DNA from: a virus
Lineage: Duplodnaviria; Caudoviricetes
Strand: one strand, 5' to 3'
DNA length: 45,103 nucleotides
Virus record (IMG/VR): IMGVR_UViG_3300005758_000229
Coordinates: 1 to 45,103 of that record
Shown here: in pieces, positions 1 to 7,728 of the stretch
Layout of the letters: each line of letters opens with the position of its first letter
Position numbering within the stretch: position 1 is the stretch's first letter
The notes under the pieces: model-generated
What the model saw: only the letters and a program-made list of their open reading frames with translations
Databases searched by the model: none
What the model was told of the DNA's origin: nothing
Made by a program: the position numbers and the translations under genes

Positions 1-1785
1 TCCGCTGAACGTCTCGCCGTTGCACGTCCCGTCCGTGAAGAAATCGCCGGACCAGCTGCCGACCTGGTAATATGCTCCGCAAATATACACCTGGAGGATG
101 CCGGAGTCGCTGCGGATGTAGATGCCGGCGGCCGGAGCGCTGACGCGCGTGTCGCTGGTCGTGTAGCTGTCCACGCCGTCGAACGCCAGATCCAGGGATC
201 CGGAGCATTGACCAGGATCAGAGTGGAACACCTGGCCGGCAGTCGCCGTGATATATTCGTTGTAGTTTGTCGTGATCGTGCCTCCGTTACCGTCAGCGAT
301 CACGGCGCCCTGTTCGTAGTAACCGTATTGGAACGTCCCTTGATGTCCTTCGCTGTCGGACCATTGGAACTGCAGCGGACCTGTTTCACCTGTCGAAAGC
401 ACATAGTTGAAAGGCAAGAAACACCCATGGCTTCCAAGAGGTCCTGTTACGGTGTCATAGCCGCCAGATCCATTGGCAATAGTCCGGCGAGGCATAAAAT
501 ACCCGGACCAGGGCGTTCCGGCCGCGTCGGTTACCTCGACATAGTCGCATTGGCTGTCGATAACGATGCCGGCGTCCTCGTATTCCAGGTCGCCGTGCGC
601 GATGATGCCGAAATCGGTGTGCGTAAACTCGACGAACGAGCGCGGACCCTTGGTCTGGCGCTTGTTTTCCGCGTTCATCACGTTTTTGAAGATCCATTTG
701 CCCAGGAATTCCGGTCGCTGGATCATCCAGGAGCGCGTTCCAATGGCTTGCAGAGGAACCGTGTATTGAGCTCGATCTCCAAAGAGATCGGAACCGGCCG
801 GGATCGACAGATAGCCGGCGTTGTAGATCATCGAGAACGACGCATCGGTCACTTTTTTGAGCCTGGAGTTAATGTCCAGGGACATGCTGCTGATCGTGCT
901 GGTCAGACCCTGGACGTCGGCCATCGCATGCGTGTGAGTTGTGCTGGCCTTGCCGGAAAGCGAGCTCGCCAGGCCGGAAACATCCGCGATCTGGTGCGTG
1001 TGCGCGAGCGCAGCCTTGCCGGCGAGCTCGGCGTCAGCTGAGGCGATTGTTTTATACGTCGCGGCAGCTTCTGTCTTGGTCAAACCGTCAACAAGACCAG
1101 GCCCCGGAGGGCCCTGGATGCCCTGGATACCCTGGGGTCCCGGCTCGCCCTGGGGTCCCATTGGCCCGACGGGCCCTTGCGCGCCGATCGCGCCTTCGAT
1201 GTTGATCGTCCAGGTGCTAAAAGGACCGCCTTGACCGGTGTGTTGCGACACTTCGACGACCATGACGCCGGTTTGCGCGTTGTAGCTCGTCACCGTGCCG
1301 TGCATGTGATGCCCGGCGTCGTAGACGATCGTCAGATCCTGCTGGCTTGTCCACGCCAGGCCGGTCTGCGTCGTGAATGTCTTGGTGCCGTTCGACAGCT
1401 CCAGGCTGTTTGTCGTCGTTCCGGCGTATTTATCGCCTTGCGGGCCTTGCGGTCCGACGGGTCCCTGGATCCCAGGGGGCCCTTGCAAACCGTCCTGGCC
1501 GTTGATACCCGGCGCGCCTTGCACACCTTGGATACCTTGAGGCCCCATTGGGCCCACGGGTCCCATCGGGCCTGGGATCAGATGCTCGAAAGGCACAGCT
1601 GAGTCGCGCAGCTTGCCGTCGTCGCGCTGGATTTCGCCCAGGCGCGAGATCGTATGGTTCAAGCTCTCGCGGACTTCGTTGAACTCCAGGTCGAGCTTGT
1701 TGCCCGGCTGCTGCGCGTTCGGCTGCTGGATGGAGTGATCCGTGAAATTGTATTGGCGCTGATAGGGATCGGGCGGCTGGGACAT
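1..1785 (-). CDS. Tail fibre / receptor-binding protein, N-terminal 595 aa (continues at 45103..44525)
   Basis: Not in the ORF track because there is no stop in the window. My translation from ATG 1785: [22 protein letters not shown]...[32 protein letters not shown] (podophage fibre anchor-like), two collagen Gly-X-Y blocks (~1575-1436, ~1190-1097), two HTHxxADVxGL fibre repeats, then a Gly/Tyr/Cys-rich distal region. Confidence 0.85.
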   Translation of the reverse strand, partial: MSQPPDPYQRQYNFTDHSIQQPNAQQPGNKLDLEFNEVRESLNHTISRLGEIQRDDGKLRDSAVPFEHLIPGPMGPVGPMGPQGIQGVQGAPGINGQDGLQGPPGIQGPVGPQGPQGDKYAGTTTNSLELSNGTKTFTTQTGLAWTSQQDLTIVYDAGHHMHGTVTSYNAQTGVMVVEVSQHTGQGGPFSTWTINIEGAIGAQGPVGPMGPQGEPGPQGIQGIQGPPGPGLVDGLTKTEAAATYKTIASADAELAGKAALAHTHQIADVSGLASSLSGKASTTHTHAMADVQGLTSTISSMSLDINSRLKKVTDASFSMIYNAGYLSIPAGSDLFGDRAQYTVPLQAIGTRSWMIQRPEFLGKWIFKNVMNAENKRQTKGPRSFVEFTHTDFGIIAHGDLEYEDAGIVIDSQCDYVEVTDAAGTPWSGYFMPRRTIANGSGGYDTVTGPLGSHGCFLPFNYVLSTGETGPLQFQWSDSEGHQGTFQYGYYEQGAVIADGNGGTITTNYNEYITATAGQVFHSDPGQCSGSLDLAFDGVDSYTTSDTRVSAPAAGIYIRSDSGILQVYICGAYYQVGSWSGDFFTDGTCNGETFSG

Positions 1786-1820
1786 GCGCGGATCTTGTGC
1801 TCGCGCATAAACTCCGGCAA
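1784..1820 (-). promoter_or_regulatory. Putative leaderless promoter of the structural operon
   Basis: TTGCCG-N17-CAAGAT-N6-ATG(1785). The -10 lies inside the inverted repeat ATGCGCG-N11-CGCGCAT. Confidence 0.55.
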
Positions 1821-1859
1821 GGGAACAGTTTGTAGGACGATCTTTTTGAAACCCGCAAA

Positions 1860-2050
1860 TTTTTCCGCGCGGGGGGAGATGGAATTTTCAGTAGAAAAGC
1901 GGAGGTGTAGCCGGGGGATCGGGGAGGGAGGAGCATGGGTGAGGGGAGGAGGAGGGGTGAGCCATAGGCAGGGAGGAGGAGGGGTGGGGTGGACCTAGTT
2001 ACACGCGCGCGCGGGAGGCCTATAGAGCGAGCGCACCGGCAGGAGGGGGG
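1860..2050. other. Strand-skewed G/purine-rich non-coding tract between divergent operons; candidate packaging/terminus region
   Basis: Runs of GGG(G) and GGAGGAGGAGGGG (twice) on the + strand, CGCGCGGAAAAATTT on the - strand. Lies upstream of the lysozyme-terS block. Confidence 0.4.
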
Positions 2051-2071
2051 TAAGCCGATCTGGCTTTGCGC

Positions 2072-2107
2072 TTGCACGTCGATCCGCGCAGCGTCACGCT
2101 GCCGGCC
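2072..2107 (+). promoter_or_regulatory. Putative leaderless promoter
   Basis: TTGCAC-N17-CACGCT-N7-ATG(2108). The inverted repeat GCAGCGT-C-ACGCTGC overlaps the -10. Confidence 0.55.
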
Positions 2108-2545
2108 ATGATCACCCTGGCGCTCGCCCTGGCTGCCAACCTGGCTGCCGATCCCGTGCCGGATCGGTGGATCGACGCCGTGGCCCAGGTCGAGAGCGCC
2201 GGCCGATCTAACGCGGTAGGCGACGGCGGCAAGGCCAAGGGCGCCTGGCAATTCCACCGGGAAGCCTGGGCTGATTGCTCCAGGCTGCGCAAGGCTGCCG
2301 GGCTGCCGATCTACCCGTATAGCCAGGCTACCAACCGGGCTAAGGCCAGGGAGTATGCCAGGACCTGGCTGACCTATCTGCGCGATCAGCTGAGCTCCAG
2401 GATCGGCCGGCGAGCTCACGCGCATGAAACCTGGCTGGCGTTTAACCTGGGCCTGGCCGGCTTCCAGGCATACAGCTACCAGGCTGCCCTGGTGCCGGAG
2501 AAGCGCTACCAGGCTGCCATGAAGATCTACCAGCTTACCAAATGA
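2108..2545 (+). CDS. Lysozyme-fold muramidase / lytic transglycosylase (probable endolysin) with N-terminal signal sequence
   Basis: AVAQVESAG catalytic Glu-Ser motif, AVGDGGKAKGAWQF hairpin, LAFNLG motif. Hydrophobic N-terminus MITLALALAANLAA. Start moved to ATG 2108. Confidence 0.8.
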   Translation: MITLALALAANLAADPVPDRWIDAVAQVESAGRSNAVGDGGKAKGAWQFHREAWADCSRLRKAAGLPIYPYSQATNRAKAREYARTWLTYLRDQLSSRIGRRAHAHETWLAFNLGLAGFQAYSYQAALVPEKRYQAAMKIYQLTK

Positions 2546-3108
2546 CCCCTAAGACACCTACCAATCTCAACCAGGCTAAGGACAGCTGGAAAGGCCAGCT
2601 GCAGATCCAGGCCGGCAGCCAGGCTGCGCAGCTGACCGACCAGGAGCTGAGCTACGTCGAAGCCTACGTCGGCAACGGCGGCGACGCTAAGGCTGCCGCT
2701 AAGGCTGCCGGCTACGCGGATCCTGGCGCAGCCAAGGAGCTGCTGGCCAACCCTAAGATCCGGGAGACGATCGAGCTCAAGCGCGACGTCGAGATCAAGA
2801 CGGCCGGAGCTAGCCGGGCCTGGAACGTGATCCAGGAGCTCATGACCGATCCGGCGTCGCCGGCCCAGGTCCGGTTCCAGGCTGCCAAGTGGACCTTGGA
2901 GGCGTCCGGGCACGGGCTAAGCGCCGTAGCTGCGAGCTTGCAGCTGGGGCTCAAGAGATCCGGCAAGCAGCTGAGCGAGATGAGCGTCAGCGAGCTGGAG
3001 GAATTCATCAACCGGGGCCGGCAGACGTTCGATAACATGAGATCTACGGTAAAAGCGGTGGTTTCGGCCCAAAACGACGTTTTGGACCTGGACGGCCCAA
3101 AAAAGTAG
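2542..3108 (+). CDS. terS: Terminase small subunit
   Basis: LTDQELSYVEAYVGNGGDAKAAAKAAGYADPGAAKELLANPKIRETI matches the Terminase_2 HTH pattern. C-terminal LSEMSVSELEEFI. Confidence 0.8.
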   Translation: MTPKTPTNLNQAKDSWKGQLQIQAGSQAAQLTDQELSYVEAYVGNGGDAKAAAKAAGYADPGAAKELLANPKIRETIELKRDVEIKTAGASRAWNVIQELMTDPASPAQVRFQAAKWTLEASGHGLSAVAASLQLGLKRSGKQLSEMSVSELEEFINRGRQTFDNMRSTVKAVVSAQNDVLDLDGPKK

Positions 3109-3164
3109 GCCCTGGTTTGCCTTCAGAAGCCTTTTGACCAGGCAGCGCGACGCCTGGTATGGAC

Positions 3165-3611
3165 CTATTTCAGCCAATCCGGCCTGGCCGGTCCTGGGCT
3201 AGATCCTGGCGTTGTCTCCAGGTTCTCCAGCTCGACGATCACGCCGGCCTTGTCAGCTGGCGCCCAGGACTTGGACAGGCTGAGCAGCGCGACGTGGGAG
3301 TCGTTCGCGATTAGCCCGGTGTCCTGGATCGCGTCGAGCACGAGCTTGGCCAGGTTGTCCAGGTCCGGCACCTGGGTATGTGGCTTCCCGAACCTGGCTG
3401 TGTCCTTGGTCGGCATGAGGAAAGCCATGGAGCAGCTGATCGGTCCTGGCGCCAGGCTGCCCAGGTCCCTGGGGATAGCTGAGCTCGACGCGCGGATCCT
3501 GGCCTTCCAGGAGCTGGCCAGGGGATCTAATGTCGAGATCGCGCGGCCTCTGATCACGCGCGGCCTGGGTTGGGGCCTGGGGTGACCCTGGGTGATCATG
3601 ATGATCTTCAC
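3165..3611 (-). CDS. rusA: RusA-family Holliday junction resolvase
   Basis: GHPRPQPRPR N-terminus and PDLDNLAKLVLDAI...IANDSHV...K catalytic motifs. Likely start GTG 3611. Confidence 0.88.
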   Translation of the reverse strand: MKIIMITQGHPRPQPRPRVIRGRAISTLDPLASSWKARIRASSSAIPRDLGSLAPGPISCSMAFLMPTKDTARFGKPHTQVPDLDNLAKLVLDAIQDTGLIANDSHVALLSLSKSWAPADKAGVIVELENLETTPGSSPGPARPDWLK

Positions 3612-3647
3612 GGCCCGGAACGTGGCTGCGCTGCGCCGGCGTGGCAA
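3612..3647 (-). promoter_or_regulatory. Putative leaderless promoter of rusA
   Basis: TTGCCA-N17-CACGTT-N7-GTG(3611). Confidence 0.5.
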
Positions 3648-3806
3648 GAAGGATAGGAAAGCCCTGGACGGCGTTAGCCGGGAGTCCAGGGATAAGCGTG
3701 GCCCATGTATGGGCATAGCGTATCCTTCCCGTAGGGATCCTCTGGTTAGCCCAATAAATACAGGGGTTTGCTGCGTAGATGGGATAGGTAAACTATCCCG
3801 TGGTCA

Positions 3807-4000
3807 GTCTCTCGCATCTACAGCCCTATCTACAGCGAGCTGTAACATGTTGTTTTAGATGGGCTTTGACGTGCCGGACCGCGAGAGACTACATGCGAGA
3901 GACGCGAGAGACGCGATCTACCGTCTCTCGCTCAACACCAGAAAACACCCTAAAATGACCCCCCAGGATCCAGACCCGTCTCTCGTCTACCGTCTCTCGC
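3807..4000. repeat. Cluster of GCGAGAGAC 9-mers in both orientations (iteron/operator-like)
   Basis: Forward at 3881, 3895, 3904. Reverse (GTCTCTCGC) at 3807, 3923, 3992, plus a one-mismatch copy at 3978. Interspersed TCTAC motifs. Confidence 0.75.
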
Positions 4001-4311
4001 AATCCGGATCTACCGGGTTCGCTGCCAAGCTGGCTGCAGCTGAGAGCGCTGCGCGCGCCGATCGGGACCCGGAGCCCAGCCACGCGGTGCCCTTCCAGGT
4101 CTGCCGGCGGCGCATGCCGGTAACGGCGAGCCTGGCTGCGCTGATCGCGTGGTTCCATGGCGCCGTGGCCGGGCAGCTGCGCGCAGCCAGGGCCTGGAGG
4201 CAGGACAGCAAGCATCACCGGACGCGGATCAAGGCGTCGAAGCGGGACCGGCGCGCGGCGAAGGCTGAGGCCATGCGCCGTTACCGGGCGAAGCTGCGCA
4301 AGGCCGGATGA
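3955..4311 (+). CDS. Hypothetical protein with very basic C-terminus
   Basis: ATG 3955 follows the A/C-rich leader typical of this genome. C-terminus is KRDRRAAKAEAMRRYRAKLRKAG. Confidence 0.5.
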   Translation: MTPQDPDPSLVYRLSQSGSTGFAAKLAAAESAARADRDPEPSHAVPFQVCRRRMPVTASLAALIAWFHGAVAGQLRAARAWRQDSKHHRTRIKASKRDRRAAKAEAMRRYRAKLRKAG

Positions 4312-4573
4312 TCCGATAAAAGGATCTATTATTTCGGATAACCGGCCCTGGGGTTATCCGAACGGGATAATATGGCCGATCTCGCGATCATATGCTTGCA
4401 GCGCGCTGCGCGTTAATAGCGCCCAGGGCTATTAAAGCGAACCGGGTTTGGCGTTAATTAAACCGCCCAGGGTTTGGTTAACGGAAAGATCCGGACCAAT
4501 CTGTTAACCGGATCTGGTTGTAATTAATTCGGCCGGTAACTGTTCCAAGCCGGCGGCCTTGCGCTGCGGGCAC

Positions 4574-4603
4574 AAAAAAGGCCCCGGCGGTTAGCCGGAG
4601 CCT
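4574..4603 (-). terminator. Intrinsic terminator ending the early operon
   Basis: AGGCTCCGGC-TAACC-GCCGGGGCCT followed by a T-run, just after the stop at 4621. Confidence 0.8.
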
Positions 4604-4620
4604 GTAGTCTCAACCATACC

Positions 4621-4890
4621 TCAGCCCTCCAAGAGCTCGATCTGGCGCCGAAGCGCGTCGATCTGGCCCTTGATGTAGTTATGGACCGCGTGGGATCTCC
4701 ACATGCGCGAGCGCAGCGGATCCCAATCCACGGCCCGCCCGTCGGCCGTCTCGGACTTGAGCGCTTCCCGGACGGCGTCGAAGGCCTGGTGGGCCTCGAT
4801 GCCGGCGTCGCGCTCGTCGTTGCGCAGCGTCTCCAGGTGCTCTTTGAGGAGCAGGATCCGGGCGGCGAGGGTGATCTTAGGCTTAGCCAT
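4621..4890 (-). CDS. Hypothetical early protein
   Basis: Coupled to the upstream gene, helical composition, followed by a terminator. Confidence 0.7.
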   Translation of the reverse strand: MAKPKITLAARILLLKEHLETLRNDERDAGIEAHQAFDAVREALKSETADGRAVDWDPLRSRMWRSHAVHNYIKGQIDALRRQIELLEG

Positions 4891-5359
4891 AGAGCACCTC
4901 CCCGTAGACGGCAGCCTGGAGCAGGGCGCCGGAGTCGATCACGTCGCAATCGCCGGCGACCTCGTCGTCGCCCATGAGCAGCAGGATCGCGTTCTTGAGC
5001 AGCCGGCCGCGCAGCGGCGCCGACTTGCCGTCGTCGTCGAGCAGATCCATGGACTTGGTCACGAGCTTGGTGAGCTGCGCGTGGAACCACTCCGGGGTGA
5101 CCCGGATCTCCGGGAGATCCTTGACGCCGGAGTAGCGGGCGTCCGGGTTCGGAATGACGGTCACGGCTGCGTAGAAAGACCCGTCGGCACGATCGACGTG
5201 GCCGTAGTGCTTCCAGGTCTTGTAGTCGTCGCGGGTGTAGTGGCCGCCCTCGACCGCCGTGACGATCACATAGGACAGGCCGGTGAACACCTTGGCCGGG
5301 ATGTTCTTCTTGTTCTGGTGGTATTCCGGGGCCAGATCCCCGTCGTCGATTTCGGACAT
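4883..5359 (-). CDS. Conserved phage protein of unknown function
   Basis: TAVEGG near the N-terminus and D.ID...LLQAAVYGEVLYG C-terminus, a pattern I recall from phage early genes. Confidence 0.75.
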   Translation of the reverse strand: MSEIDDGDLAPEYHQNKKNIPAKVFTGLSYVIVTAVEGGHYTRDDYKTWKHYGHVDRADGSFYAAVTVIPNPDARYSGVKDLPEIRVTPEWFHAQLTKLVTKSMDLLDDDGKSAPLRGRLLKNAILLLMGDDEVAGDCDVIDSGALLQAAVYGEVLYG

Positions 5360-5360
5360 G

Positions 5361-5732
5361 TTATTTCTTGGGTTGGTTTTTCTTGATCGCGTCCAGCATC
5401 AGCTCGGCGAGCTGCTTGTCCTGGCCGACGACCATAGAGTGGATGTGGTTGAGCACGGACGTGCCGGCGAAGCCGTTGCCGGTGATCGCGCGGATCCTGT
5501 CCAGGCCGATGCCCCGGTGGCTGAGGGCCATCGCGAGCTTGAGCTGCGCGAGCTGGCGTTCGCCGTAGATCGCGCGCCGCGCGTCCTTGTCGGTGCGCGC
5601 CGGGCGGTCCAAGAGCCTAATGGTGGTGTAATAGCGAACCAGCCTCTCGCTCGCACGGATGCAGCCGTGCGCCTGTTTGTTGACCAGATCGGCGAGCTCG
5701 CTCGCGGTCCAGCCGGTGTTGATGTTACTCAT
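5361..5732 (-). CDS. MerR-family HTH DNA-binding protein
   Basis: WTASELA...SERLVRYYTTIRLLDRP...AIYGERQLAQLKLAMALSHRGIGLDRIR fits the MerR winged-HTH consensus. Confidence 0.85.
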   Translation of the reverse strand: MSNINTGWTASELADLVNKQAHGCIRASERLVRYYTTIRLLDRPARTDKDARRAIYGERQLAQLKLAMALSHRGIGLDRIRAITGNGFAGTSVLNHIHSMVVGQDKQLAELMLDAIKKNQPKK

Positions 5733-5742
5733 AGGTGGGCAC

Positions 5743-5775
5743 CAGAAAGGCCGGACCCTGGGTAGAGTCCGGCCT
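5743..5775 (-). terminator. GC hairpin with short T-run (terminator or processing site)
   Basis: AGGCCGGACTCT-ACCC-AGGGTCCGGCCT-TTCT after the stop at 5783. Confidence 0.55.
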
Positions 5776-5782
5776 GTTATGA

Positions 5783-6400
5783 TCAGTAGCCGTCCGGCAT
5801 CTGAGGCGACGCCGGCGGCTCGTTGTAGACGCGCTTGGCGTCGATCTTAGCCTGTTCCTTGGCTTCCCAATCGGCCCAGCGCTTGGCCTCGTTCTTCTTC
5901 CACGCGGCGTGGGAGTCGATCATGCGCTGGTAGAGCGCGTTGAGGTTATGCTCGTCGTAGACGATATGCTCGTGGCCGGGCGAGAGCTTGGCCGCCTGTG
6001 CCGCGCTGCTGTAGACCCGGAAAGGAGGCAGCAGGGACTCGGTATGGTCCTCGCCGGCCTCCCAGGCCTTGGCCTCTGCGGCGCGCAGGACGAACACGCG
6101 TCCCTTGGTCATGATCTCCTTAACCCAGCGCTTGTAGACGCGCAGGATCTCCTGCTTCTGCTGGGCGTCCTCGACCAACAGGTCGATGTGATCGCTGAGG
6201 CCGGCCGGGAAGGCGACGGACTCATGGCCGGCCTTGTGGCTCAGCCCGGTCGAACCGCCGTGCCCGTCGTTGAAGGCGAACCCGACGTGCTTGCCGTCCA
6301 GGTGGACCTCGGCGCGGAAACAGACGGTTTCCTCTGAGAACGCCTTATTGACCTTAACGCGGTCAACGCTCCATCCGGAGAGGTTATTCTTATCGGTCAT
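5783..6400 (-). CDS. Conserved phage early protein of unknown function
   Basis: SEETVCFRAEVHLDGKHVGFAFNDGHGGST motif. Start ATG 6400 after AACCAACCAC. Confidence 0.75.
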   Translation of the reverse strand: MTDKNNLSGWSVDRVKVNKAFSEETVCFRAEVHLDGKHVGFAFNDGHGGSTGLSHKAGHESVAFPAGLSDHIDLLVEDAQQKQEILRVYKRWVKEIMTKGRVFVLRAAEAKAWEAGEDHTESLLPPFRVYSSAAQAAKLSPGHEHIVYDEHNLNALYQRMIDSHAAWKKNEAKRWADWEAKEQAKIDAKRVYNEPPASPQMPDGY

Positions 6401-6444
6401 GTGGTTGGTTGGTTGCAAGGGCGTGATTGCCCTATACCTAAAGC

Positions 6445-6481
6445 AAAAAAGGCCGACCAGGTTGTGAGCCTGGCCGGCCTT
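6445..6481 (-). terminator. Intrinsic terminator
   Basis: AGGCCGGCCAGG-loop-CCTGGTCGGCCT followed by a T-run after the stop at 6486. Confidence 0.8.
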
Positions 6482-6485
6482 GTGG

Positions 6486-6845
6486 TTACTTGATCCTGTT
6501 CAGCTGAGCCTGGAGCTTGGCGATCCTGGCCTTGAGCTTCTGCTTGCGCTTGGCGACACGATCATCGGCGCCCAGGACCTTGCGGGCCTCCAGGCCTTTG
6601 TTCGTGTATTCAGCGCGGACGTCGAGCAGCCGGAGCAGCGCGTTACGCAGATCCTTGGCGACGACCTTGTTGAAGCCGGTCGAGGTGTTATGCGTCTCCA
6701 CATACTTGACCGCGAGCACTCCGGCTTTGATGAGATCACCCACCAGGTGGTTGGACACCTTGAGGTTGAGCTTCTTGTATCCACGCTTGGCGCGGTGGGA
6801 CTGCGCAGACTGATTGCCGGAGTCTACCGGGTTCTGGTTATCCAT
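6486..6845 (-). CDS. Hypothetical basic protein with C-terminal coiled coil
   Basis: Start ATG 6845 after TAACCGAC. Lys/Arg-rich. Ends RKQKLKARIAKLQAQLNRIK. Confidence 0.7.
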   Translation of the reverse strand: MDNQNPVDSGNQSAQSHRAKRGYKKLNLKVSNHLVGDLIKAGVLAVKYVETHNTSTGFNKVVAKDLRNALLRLLDVRAEYTNKGLEARKVLGADDRVAKRKQKLKARIAKLQAQLNRIK

Positions 6846-6849
6846 GTCG

Positions 6850-7400
6850 GTTAACGGGAAATGGGCGAGCGCCTGGCTCAACCGGTGAGGGTAGCGACCA
6901 GGCGCCGATTATTTGACGGTGCCATCTTAGCGCGGCCTATCTATCTCCGCGACACGGCGCTTTTGGCGCGCGTGACTGATCCTGCCAGAAGGACGCTTCT
7001 ATAGCGGCCTAAGCACCGGCTGTCATTGGTTAGCCGGACCGGCGCACAACTGCCGGCGAAAGTGAACCGACATTAGCCCCCGGCTACAGATCCTGGAGTC
7101 CAGGTTTACGGTAGCCGGGGTGACTGTTGTTTCCATGTCGGTTATGATCCCAGGTGGTTGGTCCTGGAAAGGAAAGTGAGAGGAGACAGGCCAGGAGGAG
7201 TGACGTAAGCGTCACTAGCGTCGGCGCCCAGGATCACTCCTAGGACTATAATTAAGCCGATACCTACGAGGCCCATCTCCAAAGTGGCCGGGCATGATCT
7301 GCCCGGCTTTCGGTATGGTTGGACTTTCAAAAAACGGGTCGCGTTCGATGCCGTGCGAGCTGCCCGCTTGTGGGGCCGGTGCCGTGCATTTACTACTGAC
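6850..7400 (-). ncRNA. Candidate structured leader / ncRNA (~550 nt)
   Basis: Largest gene-poor gap. Many stems (GCCGGGCA/TGCCCGGC, CCTAGGA-GTGA-TCCTGGG, AGTGACG/CGTCACT, CCCCGGCTAC/GTAGCCGGGG, AACCGACAT/ATGTCGGTT, GCGCCTGG/CCAGGCGC) downstream of a candidate promoter. Confidence 0.5.
7142..7276 (-). CDS. Possible 44-aa single-pass membrane peptide
   Basis: MGLVGIGLIIVLGVILGA hydrophobic stretch. Could be a chance ORF within the structured RNA. Confidence 0.3.
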   Translation of the reverse strand: MGLVGIGLIIVLGVILGADASDAYVTPPGLSPLTFLSRTNHLGS

Positions 7401-7401
7401 A

Positions 7402-7436
7402 GGACAAGTTATGCTTACCCGGTGTTACTTATGCAA
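7402..7436 (-). promoter_or_regulatory. Putative early promoter
   Basis: TTGCAT-N17-CATAAC with an AT-rich upstream tract. The -10 sits within the imperfect repeat GGGTAAG/CTTGTCC. Confidence 0.5.
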
Positions 7437-7473
7437 GCGCAAAACAGCAAAAAGATCAAAAAAACTTTGGGCC

Positions 7474-7728
7474 TTACTTTTGGCCCAAATCCCCTTTGTT
7501 TTCGCTATTATAGGGGGCCGGCTCGTCGATGATCTGAAACCCCTGGGGGGTTTCGATCAGCTGGGAACCGTCCGCGAAGCGCTGCGAGCGCATCTGGGCC
7601 TGGCCCACCTGGACCTGGAGCCTGGCCACGGCCGCAGCCAGGCCGCGGACCTGGAGCTCCAGGTGGTTGATCCGGCCCAGGACATGGACAATGTGATCGT
7701 TCAGCTTTTGGATTTCGTCGTTATTCAT
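7474..7728 (-). CDS. Small hypothetical coiled-coil protein
   Basis: Coupled to the primase-helicase stop. Heptad pattern. Carries IIDEPAPY. Confidence 0.6.
   Translation of the reverse strand: MNNDEIQKLNDHIVHVLGRINHLELQVRGLAAAVARLQVQVGQAQMRSQRFADGSQLIETPQGFQIIDEPAPYNSENKGDLGQK

Noticed and set aside
3807-4000. CRISPR mini-array
   Set aside because: The repeats are only 9 bp, irregularly spaced and in both orientations.
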